Below, one piece after another: positions 25,501 through 36,600 of a stretch of DNA of 64,000 bases (position 1 is the first letter of the stretch; each line of letters opens with the position of its first letter). Source of the stretch: Paramoeba atlantica. Its lineage: Eukaryota; Protista; Discosea. Both the position numbers and the translations under genes were made by a program. Below the pieces are notes generated by a model. It made no database searches. It saw nothing but the letters and a program-made list of their open reading frames with translations, and was not told where the DNA came from. The stretch is from assembly GCA_977017575.1 (NCBI GenBank), contig CDRNVI010000147.1:1-64000 (forward strand). The letters run 5' to 3'.

Positions 25501-26343
25501 GATTCCATACAATCTATAGAGGCATATGCTGTTGTCGAGGCAATTTCTCTGGCTAGCAACTACGAGGGAGATGTAATACTTCACACGGATTCAGAGTACA
25601 TATGGGATTTCTTCCACGAAACTGTGCATCGGTATCGGCTCATTGGGTTCCACTCATTCAAAGGGTGCGAAGCAATGCGATCCCTTCAAAACGCTTACTA
25701 CAGTACAAAACATACTAAAAGATTCTACTGTATCAAGGTCAAATCACACAATGAAAATATGTACAACGATACGGCAGATTATTTAGCCAAAAAGGCGTGC
25801 AAGCTGGAAGGAAATGAACTAGCTATAAAATACTACGGGGATATATTGCACGGCAATGCAAAGAGGAAATCAGAGCAAAATAATACCTCAAGATGTCTTA
25901 AAACTCAGAGGACTAGAAAAGGCACAAACCAAAGAGCAGTACCTGTATCTACGGGGCCCCCTTTGTCGGAAAACTCAAACGATTCACGTTCAACGAAACA
26001 ACCCAAACGGAGCATTCGAATAAATGAAAAGAGGACGAAATCTCCCATACGCAAAGCTTCTTTACATAAGAAGACAAAGGGTATCAACTTAATTTCCAGC
26101 CCCCCACAGATAACCAATTCGAACGTAAGCATTGAGGTGAAACGAAATAAACCGCAAATGAAGCGTCTAAAAGATACAAGTTTGGACTTATCATCATCCC
26201 AGACAAAGAGTGAACCAGAAAAAGAAAAGGAGTCACAAAAGCGAGTGAAAAGGACATCAAAGAAAAAACCTTGTTTTACAGCTAAAGGAAAAGACAAGAG
26301 TATAATTGATGTAAAAAAGCATGGAAATAAGCGGGAGAATTAG
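22561..26343 (+). CDS. Chimeric ORF: CRE-like RT + REL (to ~24975) fused in frame to a LINE post-RT + RNase H fragment
   Basis: After the REL domain the sequence switches to LYPTDLKP...RASLIGHLVRH, then RNase H motifs LYTDGS, IEAYAV, HTDSEY, KVKSH, NDTADYLAK. Confidence 0.85.
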   Translation: MLEKHPRRLQIDSCENCPPPNCAPLELDEREVAKTLKSFNRGSSAGTMGLRPEHLQAALLVHGNDFLRSLTKLTNHLLAGKAPSEVQAHFAGARLCALSKGENDVRPIAAGETLRRLASKAVCNAIRPKASELFEGKQYGVAAPAGAERVIHMCRLAMSSNMENPNFVMCKVDLRNAFNNVSRAAFLPLVQEYFPELFPWINWCYSDPSSLTYGARFISSEEGVQQGDPLGPLLFSLVALELSEAINLQTDIPAQLWYLDDGVLVGQAQEVRDALDTIARVGPQWDLYLNTSKCEIITSPSSAHQADYFPDIPDEKINSQGNFDILGSPVGSADHCSAYLLSHALEPAEDTLDAITNIQDPQVALALIRQCAGFCQMVYAMRSTPPQSLIHLCSRLDDFLMTAIEAIICPLDRSAQSQAQRLKRHGGLGLRSAALHASAAYVASVAFATDSWDPTDAEGFSEAILDINQKAGTALLDPRGRVLTTPNAPCEKALSAPYSYRKRRRPPPGNDPHPPDEPPGHILRTTSRTANTPTDAYPLSTPLYGSEECQDMLPPQWPKGKIPRQRVISYAIAAHAFSQEYETTDARTRARWISQCGTGASSWAFVTPSKDLGHAFTPTQFRTLARWWLGVDIYHEDSTCPMPKCSLPLDSKGDHALSCKHGHGIVTRHNAVTDQFADVCSRARLAPQREKSLGNRGPGGALTRPGDIYLPSLFLGNPIVLDFAVTHAQQLKYTDKVRNASWVAAGSFAEHYSSMEKGKQRREAVEAGCDFTAMVVESYGAWSPSASAVLRKVGERCSHASGGLRTESLYPTDLKPETVIKTQRASLIGHLVRHPTPFTTAVLWRTNDEASKPTLSERCAHELHSDVTEILQLGQDRPTWRKKLEKLQVELEPRPSYTKSCSPAWEKSIKKILENKGYQTLQYVEESSTPFPISDSETHLYTDGSLIPGTKKQLQGCGIVIIRNNERTLFYGTRPPEKFCDSIQSIEAYAVVEAISLASNYEGDVILHTDSEYIWDFFHETVHRYRLIGFHSFKGCEAMRSLQNAYYSTKHTKRFYCIKVKSHNENMYNDTADYLAKKACKLEGNELAIKYYGDILHGNAKRKSEQNNTSRCLKTQRTRKGTNQRAVPVSTGPPLSENSNDSRSTKQPKRSIRINEKRTKSPIRKASLHKKTKGINLISSPPQITNSNVSIEVKRNKPQMKRLKDTSLDLSSSQTKSEPEKEKESQKRVKRTSKKKPCFTAKGKDKSIIDVKKHGNKREN
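24976..26343 (+). mobile_element. 5'-truncated RNase H-bearing LINE fragment (Ingi/L1Tc-like architecture inferred)
   Basis: Homologous to 29470-30622 and 62900-64000. No APE domain is present, so the clade is inferred. The left boundary is approximate. Confidence 0.7.
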
Positions 26344-26653
26344 CCTTACGACATTAACTTTCCGATTTGAGAGATGCTATTGGAGCCTATGCTTCTGTTA
26401 TATTTAAGTTAATTACCATCAGATTTGGTGAATTAAAGAATTACGTTCGCTGACGTGATTGCGGCGGTGAGTTGTCTTATAGTGTTCAAAAGCTAAGTAC
26501 TAATGGTTCATAGAGATCGATTGATTAGGAGGCTTGAAATTGAAAGTCTGTTTGTTTTTGAAAAATTTTCTGTAAGTGTGTTCTGTGTTGATATTTTGAG
26601 GGTGGAAATATTTAGGGGAAATTTTTGAATCCTTTAACTGGGCTAACATCTCA

Positions 26654-27223
26654 GTGTTGGTTGGTTGGTTGGTTGGGGCTCAAATACCGGAGCATCAGGC
26701 GCCCCCGGCTACACGCGAACAAGTATTGGAGGCGTGCGAATGGCTGCTTCCGGACGAAGCCGCGGGCCTGACCTTGGCGTGGAAGACATGCAGCAGAATA
26801 GACGATGTCAAACATCTGAGGAAATTAGATTTACAAGTGGTAGATCTCGAGCGGAGAATACTGGGAGTAACGTTTCCGACTCACAAAGGGGATCCCTTCA
26901 GAGTAGGGACTGCTATTCCAATGACTTGCAACTTGACGGAGTGGAAAATCTTCATGGACCAATTGGACAAGCTGAAGCCAGAAGACAAGTTCACGACTTT
27001 AACGACGCTGAGAGCCAATGCCGTGCTGAAGCGGGTGAAAGCAGAGTTGTCGGCACATTCTGTAAAAAGAGGGGCTCTAGTATCACTCCTCAGAAAGGGA
27101 GTTCCACTGTCGGTAATACAGCTGTTGGCCAAGCACAAAGATCTGGAGACATTGTGGATATATCCCCCTCGACTGGAAGTGGCCTTGTCCCTAGGGCTAC
27201 AGGACGCGACAAAATTACTGTGA
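26654..27223 (+). CDS. Tyrosine recombinase catalytic domain of a YR retrotransposon
   Basis: Motifs in the expected order: SRIDD (R), AHSVKRG (HxxR), LAKHK (H), LWIY (Y). N-terminus probably missing. Confidence 0.8.
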   Translation: MLVGWLVGAQIPEHQAPPATREQVLEACEWLLPDEAAGLTLAWKTCSRIDDVKHLRKLDLQVVDLERRILGVTFPTHKGDPFRVGTAIPMTCNLTEWKIFMDQLDKLKPEDKFTTLTTLRANAVLKRVKAELSAHSVKRGALVSLLRKGVPLSVIQLLAKHKDLETLWIYPPRLEVALSLGLQDATKLL

Positions 27224-27531
27224 ACCCAGAAAACACCAAAGGACATGACAAGAAAACTAAATCAGCTGTTTACATACTAAAACGTCAATTACAAGGTAGG
27301 TTCCCCTTGCACATCGGTAAGATCACGCTAGACAGCGATAACATTATAGGCGAACCGAATCCCGAACCTATCTACGTGCATAATTCAACGGACATTGCTA
27401 ACATTGCAACGAAGAAAATTGAAGACACAAACAATCAGTCTATGTCTCGCGGGCAGCTCACCCGACCACCGAGCGTGCGAGCGTACAAAAATCAGGGAAT
27501 AATTGCTCCTATCACAACCACAAGACTGTAA
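26665..27531 (+). pseudogene. Overlapping ORF in the same frame as the downstream RT-RNase H ORF; probably its N-terminal part, cut by one TAA
   Basis: 26665 and 27550 are in the same frame; only TAA (27529-27531) and 18 nt separate them. Confidence 0.5.
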
Positions 27532-27549
27532 TATTCTATACTGAACAAT

Positions 27550-28977
27550 ATGAATGACGATGGCAGCCTAGACTTTTTACATCTACTACAGAACGTCAAC
27601 GCCTTTCACGCGCACATGCTGCGTGCACCTAAAGGCAATCGACCAGTGTCTCGATTTATGAGACATCATTTACCAGACTTATTACGCATGGGGGTTGTAG
27701 AGAAGACCGAAGGACCGATAGTAGTACATCGTACCTTTACAGTTCCGAAGAAAGACTCCACACTTCGTCTAATCTGCGATTGTAGGAAACTCAACCGAGT
27801 TTTCGAATGCCCCCCCGCAATGCACCTACCATCCATACATAACGTGATTGAAAATCTGCTAGATTCGGAATGGATGGCTCACGCGGACGCACGGAGTTAC
27901 TTTTACCAATTTTCCCTCGCTCCCGAGATCCGATCCTACTTTGGAGCGGTTTTAGGTCACGCTAGAGGAGAAACATGCAGTATTCAATTTTCTTCCATGC
28001 CCATGGGATGGTCATGGGCCCCGGCTATTGCACAGCGAGTTTCAAATCGCATTGTCCGGGACATTGGATTGGCCTGTGTAGACAATTTTCTTTTGTTCGG
28101 AAAATCCAAGTCAGAAGTAGAAAACCATGCAAAAGAATTTCGCGCCCGAGTCCACGCAGTTCAACTAGAAGTAGATGATCTCACCATGAAGCCACTACAG
28201 GAAGCGTGCGTACTTGGTATTGAATTTGATCTAAAAAATAAGAAGTACCGCATGTCAGAAAAGTGGACTGAAAAGGCGTATTCAAGATACAATGACATAA
28301 TCGGGAATGGGACGTGGACAGCTGTGGAACTGTATACGCTTTCTGGTTTACTAATGTGGAGGGCCACGGTTATGAAAATCCCACTATGCACTTTTGCACA
28401 CCTTCTTCAAACACTAGGAAAAGTTGCCAGAAAAGTGCACGACGAAAAGTCTTGGGAGATCTCCTTCTCTCCGACCGACCACCTGTTAGGCGAACTGACT
28501 GATGCATTTTCCGCACTCAAGCGAAATGTTTGGTTAAAAAAGATAGGTCATATACCCAAAGAAGAAAAGGTGGAAGTTTGGACTGATGCCAGTTCAATCG
28601 CATGGGCTATTCTGTTGTTCAATCAAGGCATTCTCGAAACTGCAAAACAGGGCATGACAAAGCCCGGAGCCCATATATTCTACTCAGAGCTGAGTGCGGC
28701 TCTTGGTGGAATTATGGCAGCAGTCAGAAAAGGACATCGGGACATTCTATTGAACGTCGACAACGCGCCTGTGGCCATGGCCCTCCAGAGGCGGGCAAGC
28801 ACTAACTTCACTGCCAATAGGTGGATGCAGTACATCCCATCAAACACTAACCTGGAAGTAAAGTGGGTACCTACCAACGCCCAAATAGCAGATCCCTTCA
28901 CGGGAAAATCCAGCGCTGAAGAATTGACACCACTGCCCTCCATCGGTACTTATATTGAGAGCCTACGGCGCCCGTAG
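27550..28977 (+). CDS. DIRS/VIPER-type reverse transcriptase + RNase H
   Basis: FTVPKKDSTLRLICDCRKLN, ADARSYFYQF, MPMGWSWAP, CVDNFLL; RNase H VWTDAS, ELSAA, VDNAP, VKWVPTNAQIADPFT. Confidence 0.9.
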   Translation: MNDDGSLDFLHLLQNVNAFHAHMLRAPKGNRPVSRFMRHHLPDLLRMGVVEKTEGPIVVHRTFTVPKKDSTLRLICDCRKLNRVFECPPAMHLPSIHNVIENLLDSEWMAHADARSYFYQFSLAPEIRSYFGAVLGHARGETCSIQFSSMPMGWSWAPAIAQRVSNRIVRDIGLACVDNFLLFGKSKSEVENHAKEFRARVHAVQLEVDDLTMKPLQEACVLGIEFDLKNKKYRMSEKWTEKAYSRYNDIIGNGTWTAVELYTLSGLLMWRATVMKIPLCTFAHLLQTLGKVARKVHDEKSWEISFSPTDHLLGELTDAFSALKRNVWLKKIGHIPKEEKVEVWTDASSIAWAILLFNQGILETAKQGMTKPGAHIFYSELSAALGGIMAAVRKGHRDILLNVDNAPVAMALQRRASTNFTANRWMQYIPSNTNLEVKWVPTNAQIADPFTGKSSAEELTPLPSIGTYIESLRRP

Positions 28978-29149
28978 GGAATTCCGTATTTTCAAAGCAA
29001 ACCATACTTAGACCTCATCTAGTTTGCCCATTAGAAGAAAATAGAAGAACATATAGCACATGGAATGAGTCTAATATTTAATGAGTTACACTTTTGCAAG
29101 AATTGAAGAGTTTAGTTTATCCTATTTTCTAAAACAGACGAAATTAAAA

Positions 29150-29413
29150 TGTATGTCCTTTTCTGAAAACCAAAACCTGAGACCACGCGCAGCAGCAGGT
29201 GCGCGCCAAAGTGGATTTATGCACTCGTGAGTGCGCATTCCGAATGTTGATGGATTTGAGTTGCGTGATCCGAGGCACCGCACACGCAAATCGCCGCGAT
29301 TGAAGTCGTGAAGTCGCAAAACTTTGATGCGCCTTTTTCTGAAAACCGAAAGCTGAGACCACGCGCAGCACGCAGGGGCGCGCCAAAGTGGATTTATGCA
29401 CTCGTGAGTGTGC
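29150..29413. repeat. ~1.5 units of the ~177-bp satellite
   Basis: Matches units at 48445-49795 (e.g. GCGCGCCAAAGTGGATTTATGCACTCGTGAGTG). Confidence 0.93.
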
Positions 29414-29469
29414 CTCACGCTTGTCACAAATCCTCAATCAGGCCTCACGCTTGTCACAGAATTTCACTT

Positions 29470-30622
29470 ATTCGAATCTCTGGTTTCACCTTTATTGCTG
29501 TATGGCTGTAGAAACTTTTCCCTAATAAAAAAAGACGCTGATTTAATTGACTGTGAAGTGAACCGAATGAGAAGACTAGCGCTCGGGGTTCGTACTTGGG
29601 ATGGTACAAGATGTACACCATGTGATGCACTATATGGGAACAGAATGCGACTTTCTAACGCATGTCGAGTCCTCCGAGTTCAAATGCTAGGACACCTGAT
29701 CCGCGGCAATAATCCCTTCAAATCGGTAATGCTACGGCGCAAAGCAACAGGAAAGAAATATCGTCCCACTCTATCAGAGGCATGTGCTGAAGACATGGAA
29801 CTAGATGTCGAAGATCTCAATGCCCTAGCGGGAGATCGGGATTGGTGGGCGTCGAGAGTTAAATTTTTGCGTGAATATCTTGAATCTCACAAATCCTACA
29901 TGGTTTTCGGCTCTAGATCCTGGAAGAAGGTATGCCAGGACTTAGATACTACCACCTACAAAGTACTCGAAGGAATTGAAGAAGGCACGGACCATTCTCC
30001 TCTCTCAGCTGATTCCGAACACATATACGTAGATGGGGCTGTCAGTTCAGAAGCAGGAAAACCAGCCGCGGGTTCGGGGATAGTTATTGTTAATTCAAAT
30101 GGTGTAAGAACCAGACAACACGTTTTACCACCGGAATGCACTTCACCGGATCGGGCTGAACTTCGCTCCTTTCTTTTAGGCATTCAGGCAGCTTCGTCTT
30201 CTACGAGGAACACAGTTATACATACTGATTCTCATTATGTATGGGACTGGTATCATAATGTTAGGGTTCGTTTTTCAATCATTGGACACGGTGGCATGCC
30301 AAATGCTGACCTACTCACGCAGATACAAGGAGCAATTAAAGAGCGTTGTACAGATAGTAGTCTCTACGTTATTAAAGTGCGGGCACAATGCGGGAATTCC
30401 TTCAATGAAAAAGCTGATGAAATAGCACGCAAAGCACAGAGAACAGCTGCACGTCGTTTTTCATGCGTCATTCACACGCAAAGGGAGGGAAACAAATCTA
30501 ATCACGGTCAAAAAAGGGAGCATGATCTCCAAGAAAAATCTCCACACAAAGTGAATAATAATAATAATAATAACAAAAGACTATACACATGCAACTTTCA
30601 ACGTACACTCTCCTTAGCGTGA
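29470..30622 (+). mobile_element. 5'-truncated RNase H-bearing LINE fragment; parent of the 748-bp array
   Basis: LYGCRNF...EVNRMRR...MLGHLIRG...LSEACAED...DRDWW, then RNase H YVDG/RAEL/HTDS/EKADE. The left boundary is approximate. Confidence 0.8.
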
Positions 30623-33600
30623 ATATCTTGAATCTCACAAATCCTACATGGTTTTCGGCTCTAGATCCTGGAAGAAGGTATGCCAGGACTTAGATACTAC
30701 CACCTACAAAGTACTCGAAGGAATTGAAGAAGGCACGGACCATTCTCCTCTCTCAGCTGATTCCGAACACATATACGTAGATGGGGCTGTCAGTTCAGAA
30801 GCAGGAAAACCAGCCGCGGGTTCGGGGATAGTTATTGTTAATTCAAATGGTGTAAGAACCAGACAACACGTTTTACCACCGGAATGCACTTCACCGGATC
30901 GGGCTGAACTTCGCTCCTTTCTTTTAGGCATTCAGGCAGCTTCGTCTTCTACGAGGAACACAGTTATACATACTGATTCTCATTATGTATGGGACTGGTA
31001 TCATAATGTTAGGGTTCGTTTTTCAATCATTGGACACGGTGGCATGCCAAATGCTGACCTACTCACGCAGATACAAGGAGCAATTAAAGAGCGTTGTACA
31101 GATAGTAGTCTCTACGTTATTAAAGTGCGGGCACACTGCGGGAATTCCTTCAATGAAAAAGCTGATGAAATAGCACGCAAAGCACAGAGAACAGCTGCAC
31201 GTCGTTTTTCATGCGTCATTCACACGCAAAGGGAGGGAAACAAATCTAATCACGGTCAAAAAAGGGAGCATGATCTCCAAGAAAAATCTCCACACAAAGT
31301 GAATAATAATAATAATAATAACAAAAGACTATACACATGCAACTTTCAACGTACACTCTCCTTAGCGTGAATATCTTGAATCTCACAAATCCTACATGGT
31401 TTTCGGCTCTAGATCCTGGAAGAAGGTATGCCAGGACTTAGATACTACCACCTACAAAGTACTCGAAGGAATTGAAGAAGGCACGGACCATTCTCCTCTC
31501 TCAGCTGATTCCGAACACATATACGTAGATGGGGCTGTCAGTTCAGAAGCAGGAAAACCAGCCGCGGGTTCGGGGATAGTTATTGTTAATTCAAATGGTG
31601 TAAGAACCAGACAACACGTTTTACCACCGGAATGCACTTCACCGGATCGGGCTGAACTTCGCTCCTTTCTTTTAGGCATTCAGGCAGCTTCGTCTTCTAC
31701 GAGGAACACAGTTATACATACTGATTCTCATTATGTATGGGACTGGTATCATAATGTTAGGGTTCGTTTTTCAATCATTGGATACGGTGGCATGCCAAAT
31801 GCTGACCTACTCACGCAGATACAAGGAGCAATTAAAGAGCGTTGTACAGATAGTAGTCTCTACGTTATTAAAGTGCGGGCACACTGCGGGAATTCCTTCA
31901 ATAAAAAAGCTGATGAAATAGCACGCAAAGCATAGAGAACAGCTGCACGTCGTTTTTCATGCGTCATTCACACGCAAAGGGAGGGAAACAAATCTAATCA
32001 CGGTCAAAAAAGGGAGCATGATCTCCAAGAAAAATCTCCACACAAAGTGAATATGTAAAAAGGGAAACTGAAAAATACAGAAGAAGGCAGCACAGTCAGG
32101 ATTGCTCGTTCACTCAACCCAGAAGCTAATACCGGGGATCCAGTAACGTTTTCTCAGTACAAGACATCACGGGGTAGACTGACGAATGCCCCCATTTTTG
32201 TGAAGAAAAGCCGCTATATGTAATCGAAATTTGCTGTGTATAACTTTGCGCATTAATCTGGAACGCTTATTTTCAGGAGTGTTATGTCCTCTTGGTACAT
32301 TTATTTATCAACGCGTTAATAATATTCTGGAGCATTTATGTATATTTCATTGCTAAATATCCGTACTCATACGAAAACACTGAGTGGGGTACGAAAACAC
32401 TGAGTGGGGATAGTATACGGTGGTTTATTTGGCAAGCAGAAGAAGGTATGCCAGGACTTAGATACTACCACCTACAAAGTACTCGAAGGAATTGAAGAAG
32501 GCACGGACAATTCTCCTCTCTCAGCTGATTCCGAACACATATACGTAGATGGGGCTGTCAGTTCAGAAGCAGGAAAACCAGCCGCGGGTTCGGGGATAGT
32601 TATTGTTAATTCAAATGGTGTAAGAACCAGACAACACTTTTTACCACCGGAATGCACTTCACCGGATCGGGCTGAACTTCGCTCCTTTCTTTTAGGCATT
32701 CAGGCAGCTTCGTCTTCTACGAGGAACACAGTTATACATACTGATTCTCATTATGTATGGGACTGGTATCATAATGTTAGGGTTCGTTTTTCAATCATTG
32801 GACACGGTGGCATGCCAAATGCTGACCTACTCACGCAGATACAAGGAGCAATTAAAGAGCGTTGTACAGATAGTAGTCTCTACGTTATTAAAGTGCGGGC
32901 ACACTGCGGGAATTCCTTCAATGAAAAAGCTGATGAAATAGCACGCAAAGCACAGAGAACAGCTGCACGTCGTTTTTCATGCGTCATTCACACGCAAAGG
33001 GAGGGAAACAAATCTAATCACGGTCAAAAAAGGGAGCATGATCTCCAAGAAAAATCTCCACACAAAGTGAATAATAATAATAATAATAACAAAAGACTAT
33101 ACACATGCAACTTTCAACGTACACTCTCCTTAGCGTGAATATCTTGAATCTCACAAATCCTACATGGTTTTCGGCTCTAGATCCTGGAAGAAGGTATGCC
33201 AGGACTTAGATACTACCACCTACAAAGTACTCGAAGGAATTGAAGAAGGCACGGACCATTCTCCTCTCTCAGCTGATTCCGAACACATATACGTAGATGG
33301 GGCTGTCAGTTCAGAAGCAGGAAAACCAGCCGCGGGTTCGGGGATAGTTATTGTTAATTCAAATGGTGTAAGAACCAGACAACACTTTTTACCACCGGAA
33401 TGCACTTCACCGGATCGGGCTGAACTTCGCTCCTTTCTTTTAGGCATTCAGGCAGCTTCGTCTTCTACGAGGAACACAGTTATACATACTGATTCTCATT
33501 ATGTATGGGACTGGTATCATAATGTTAGGGTTCGTTTTTCAATCATTGGACACGGTGGCATGCCAAATGCTGACCTACTCACGCAGATACAAGGAGCAAT

Positions 33601-36600
33601 TAAAGAGCGTTGTACAGATAGTAGTCTCTACGTTATTAAAGTGCGGGCACACTGCGGGAATTCCTTCAATGAAAAAGCTGATGAAATAGCACGCAAAGCA
33701 CAGAGAACAGCTGCACGTCGTTTTTCATGCGTCATTCACACGCAAAGGGAGGGAAACAAATCTAATCACGGTCAAAAAAGGGAGCATGATCTCCAAGAAA
33801 AATCTCCACACAAAGTGAATAATAATAATAATAATAACAAAAGACTATACACATGCAACTTTCAACGTACACTCTCCTTAGCGTGAATATCTTGAATCTC
33901 ACAAATCCTACATGGTTTTCGGCTCTAGATCCTGGAAGAAGGTATGCCAGGACTTAGATACTACCACCTACAAAGTACTCGAAGGAATTGAAGAAGGCAC
34001 AGACAATTCTCCTCTCTCAGCTGATTCCGAACACATATACGTAGATGGGGCTGTCAGTTCAGAAGCAGGAAAACCAGCCGCGGGTTCGGGGATAGTTATT
34101 GTTAATTCAAATGGTGTAAGAACCAGACAACACTTTTTACCACCGGAATGCACTTCACCGGATCGGGCTGAACTTCGCTCCTTTCTTTTAGGCATTCAGG
34201 CAGCTTCGTCTTCTACGAGGAACACAGTTATACATACTGATTCTCATTATGTATGGGACTGGTATCATAATGTTAGGGTTCGTTTTTCAATCATTGGACA
34301 CGGTGGCATGCCAAATGCTGACCTACTCACGCAGATACAAGGAGCAATTAAAGAGCGTTGTACAGATAGTAGTCTCTACGTTATTAAAGTGCGGGCACAC
34401 TGCGGGAATTCCTTCAATGAAAAAGCTGATGAAATAGCACGCAAAGCACAGAGAACAGCTGCACGTCGTTTTTCATGCGTCATTCACACGCAAAGGGAGG
34501 GAAACAAATCTAATCACGGTCAAAAAAGGGAGCATGATCTCCAAGAAAAATCTCCACACAAAGTGAATAATAATAATAATAATAACAAAAGACTATACAC
34601 ATGCAACTTTCAACGTACACTCTCCTTAGCGTGAATATCTTGAATCTCACAAATCCTACATGGTTTTCGGCTCTAGATCCTGGAAGAAGGTATGCCAGGA
34701 CTTAGATACTACCACCTACAAAGTACTCGAAGGAATTGAAGAAGGCACGGACAATTCTCCTCTCTCAGCTGATTCCGAACACATATACGTAGATGGGGCT
34801 GTCAGTTCAGAAGCAGGAAAACCAGCCGCGGGTTCGGGGATAGTTATTGTTAATTCAAATGGTGTAAGAACCAGACAACACTTTTTACCACCGGAATGCA
34901 CTTCACCGGATCGGGCTGAACTTCGCTCCTTTCTTTTAGGCATTCAGGCAGCTTCGTCTTCTACGAGGAACACAGTTATACATACTGATTCTCATTATGT
35001 ATGGGACTGGTATCATAATGTTAGGGTTCGTTTTTCAATCATTGGACACGGTGGCATGCCAAATGCTGACCTACTCACGCAGATACAAGGAGCAATTAAA
35101 GAGCGTTGTACAGATAGTAGTCTCTACGTTATTAAAGTGCGGGCACACTGCGGGAATTCCTTCAATGAAAAAGCTGATGAAATAGCACGCAAAGCACAGA
35201 GAACAGCTGCACGTCGTTTTTCATGCGTCATTCACACGCAAAGGGAGGGAAACAAATCTAATCACGGTCAAAAAAGGGAGCATGATCTCCAAGAAAAATC
35301 TCCACACAAAGTGAATAATAATAATAATAATAACAAAAGACTATACACATGCAACTTTCAACGTACACTCTCCTTAGCGTGAATATCTTGAATCTCACAA
35401 ATCCTACATGGTTTTCGGCTCTAGATCCTGGAAGAAGGTATGCCAGGACTTAGATACTACCACCTACAAAGTACTCGAAGGAATTGAAGAAGGCACGGAC
35501 CATTCTCCTCTCTCAGCTGATTCCGAACACATATACGTAGATGGGGCTGTCAGTTCAGAAGCAGGAAAACCAGCCGCGGGTTCGGGGATAGTTATTGTTA
35601 ATTCAAATGGTGTAAGAACCAGACAACACTTTTTACCACCGGAATGCACTTCACCGGATCGGGCTGAACTTCGCTCCTTTCTTTTAGGCATTCAGGCAGC
35701 TTCGTCTTCTACGAGGAACACAGTTATACATACTGATTCTCATTATGTATGGGACTGGTATCATAATGTTAGGGTTCGTTTTTCAATCATTGGACACGGT
35801 GGCATGCCAAATGCTGACCTACTCACGCAGATACAAGGAGCAATTAAAGAGCGTTGTACAGATAGTAGTCTCTACGTTATTAAAGTGCGGGCACACTGCG
35901 GGAATTCCTTCAATGAAAAAGCTGATGAAATAGCACGCAAAGCACAGAGAACAGCTGCACGTCGTTTTTCATGCGTCATTCACACGCAAAGGGAGGGAAA
36001 CAAATCTAATCACGGTCAAAAAAGGGAGCATGATCTCCAAGAAAAATCTCCACACAAAGTGAATAATAATAATAATAATAACAAAAGACTATACACATGC
36101 AACTTTCAACGTACACTCTCCTTAGCGTGAATATCTTGAATCTCACAAATCCTACATGGTTTTCGGCTCTAGATCCTGGAAGAAGGTATGCCAGGACTTA
36201 GATACTACCACCTACAAAGTACTCGAAGGAATTGAAGAAGGCACAGACAATTCTCCTCTCTCAGCTGATTCCGAACACATATACGTAGATGGGGCTGTCA
36301 GTTCAGAAGCAGGAAAACCAGCCGCGGGTTCGGGGATAGTTATTGTTAATTCAAATGGTGTAAGAACCAGACAACACTTTTTACCACCGGAATGCACTTC
36401 ACCGGATCGGGCTGAACTTCGCTCCTTTCTTTTAGGCATTCAGGCAGCTTCGTCTTCTACGAGGAACACAGTTATACATACTGATTCTCATTATGTATGG
36501 GACTGGTATCATAATGTTAGGGTTCGTTTTTCAATCATTGGACACGGTGGCATGCCAAATGCTGACCTACTCACGCAGATACAAGGAGCAATTAAAGAGC

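Larger units (their letters stand above)
26654..28977 (+). mobile_element. YR retrotransposon with YR upstream of RT-RH (VIPER/TATE-like order); termini not identified
   Basis: Domain order read from the ORFs; no gag or terminal repeats recognised. Confidence 0.72.
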
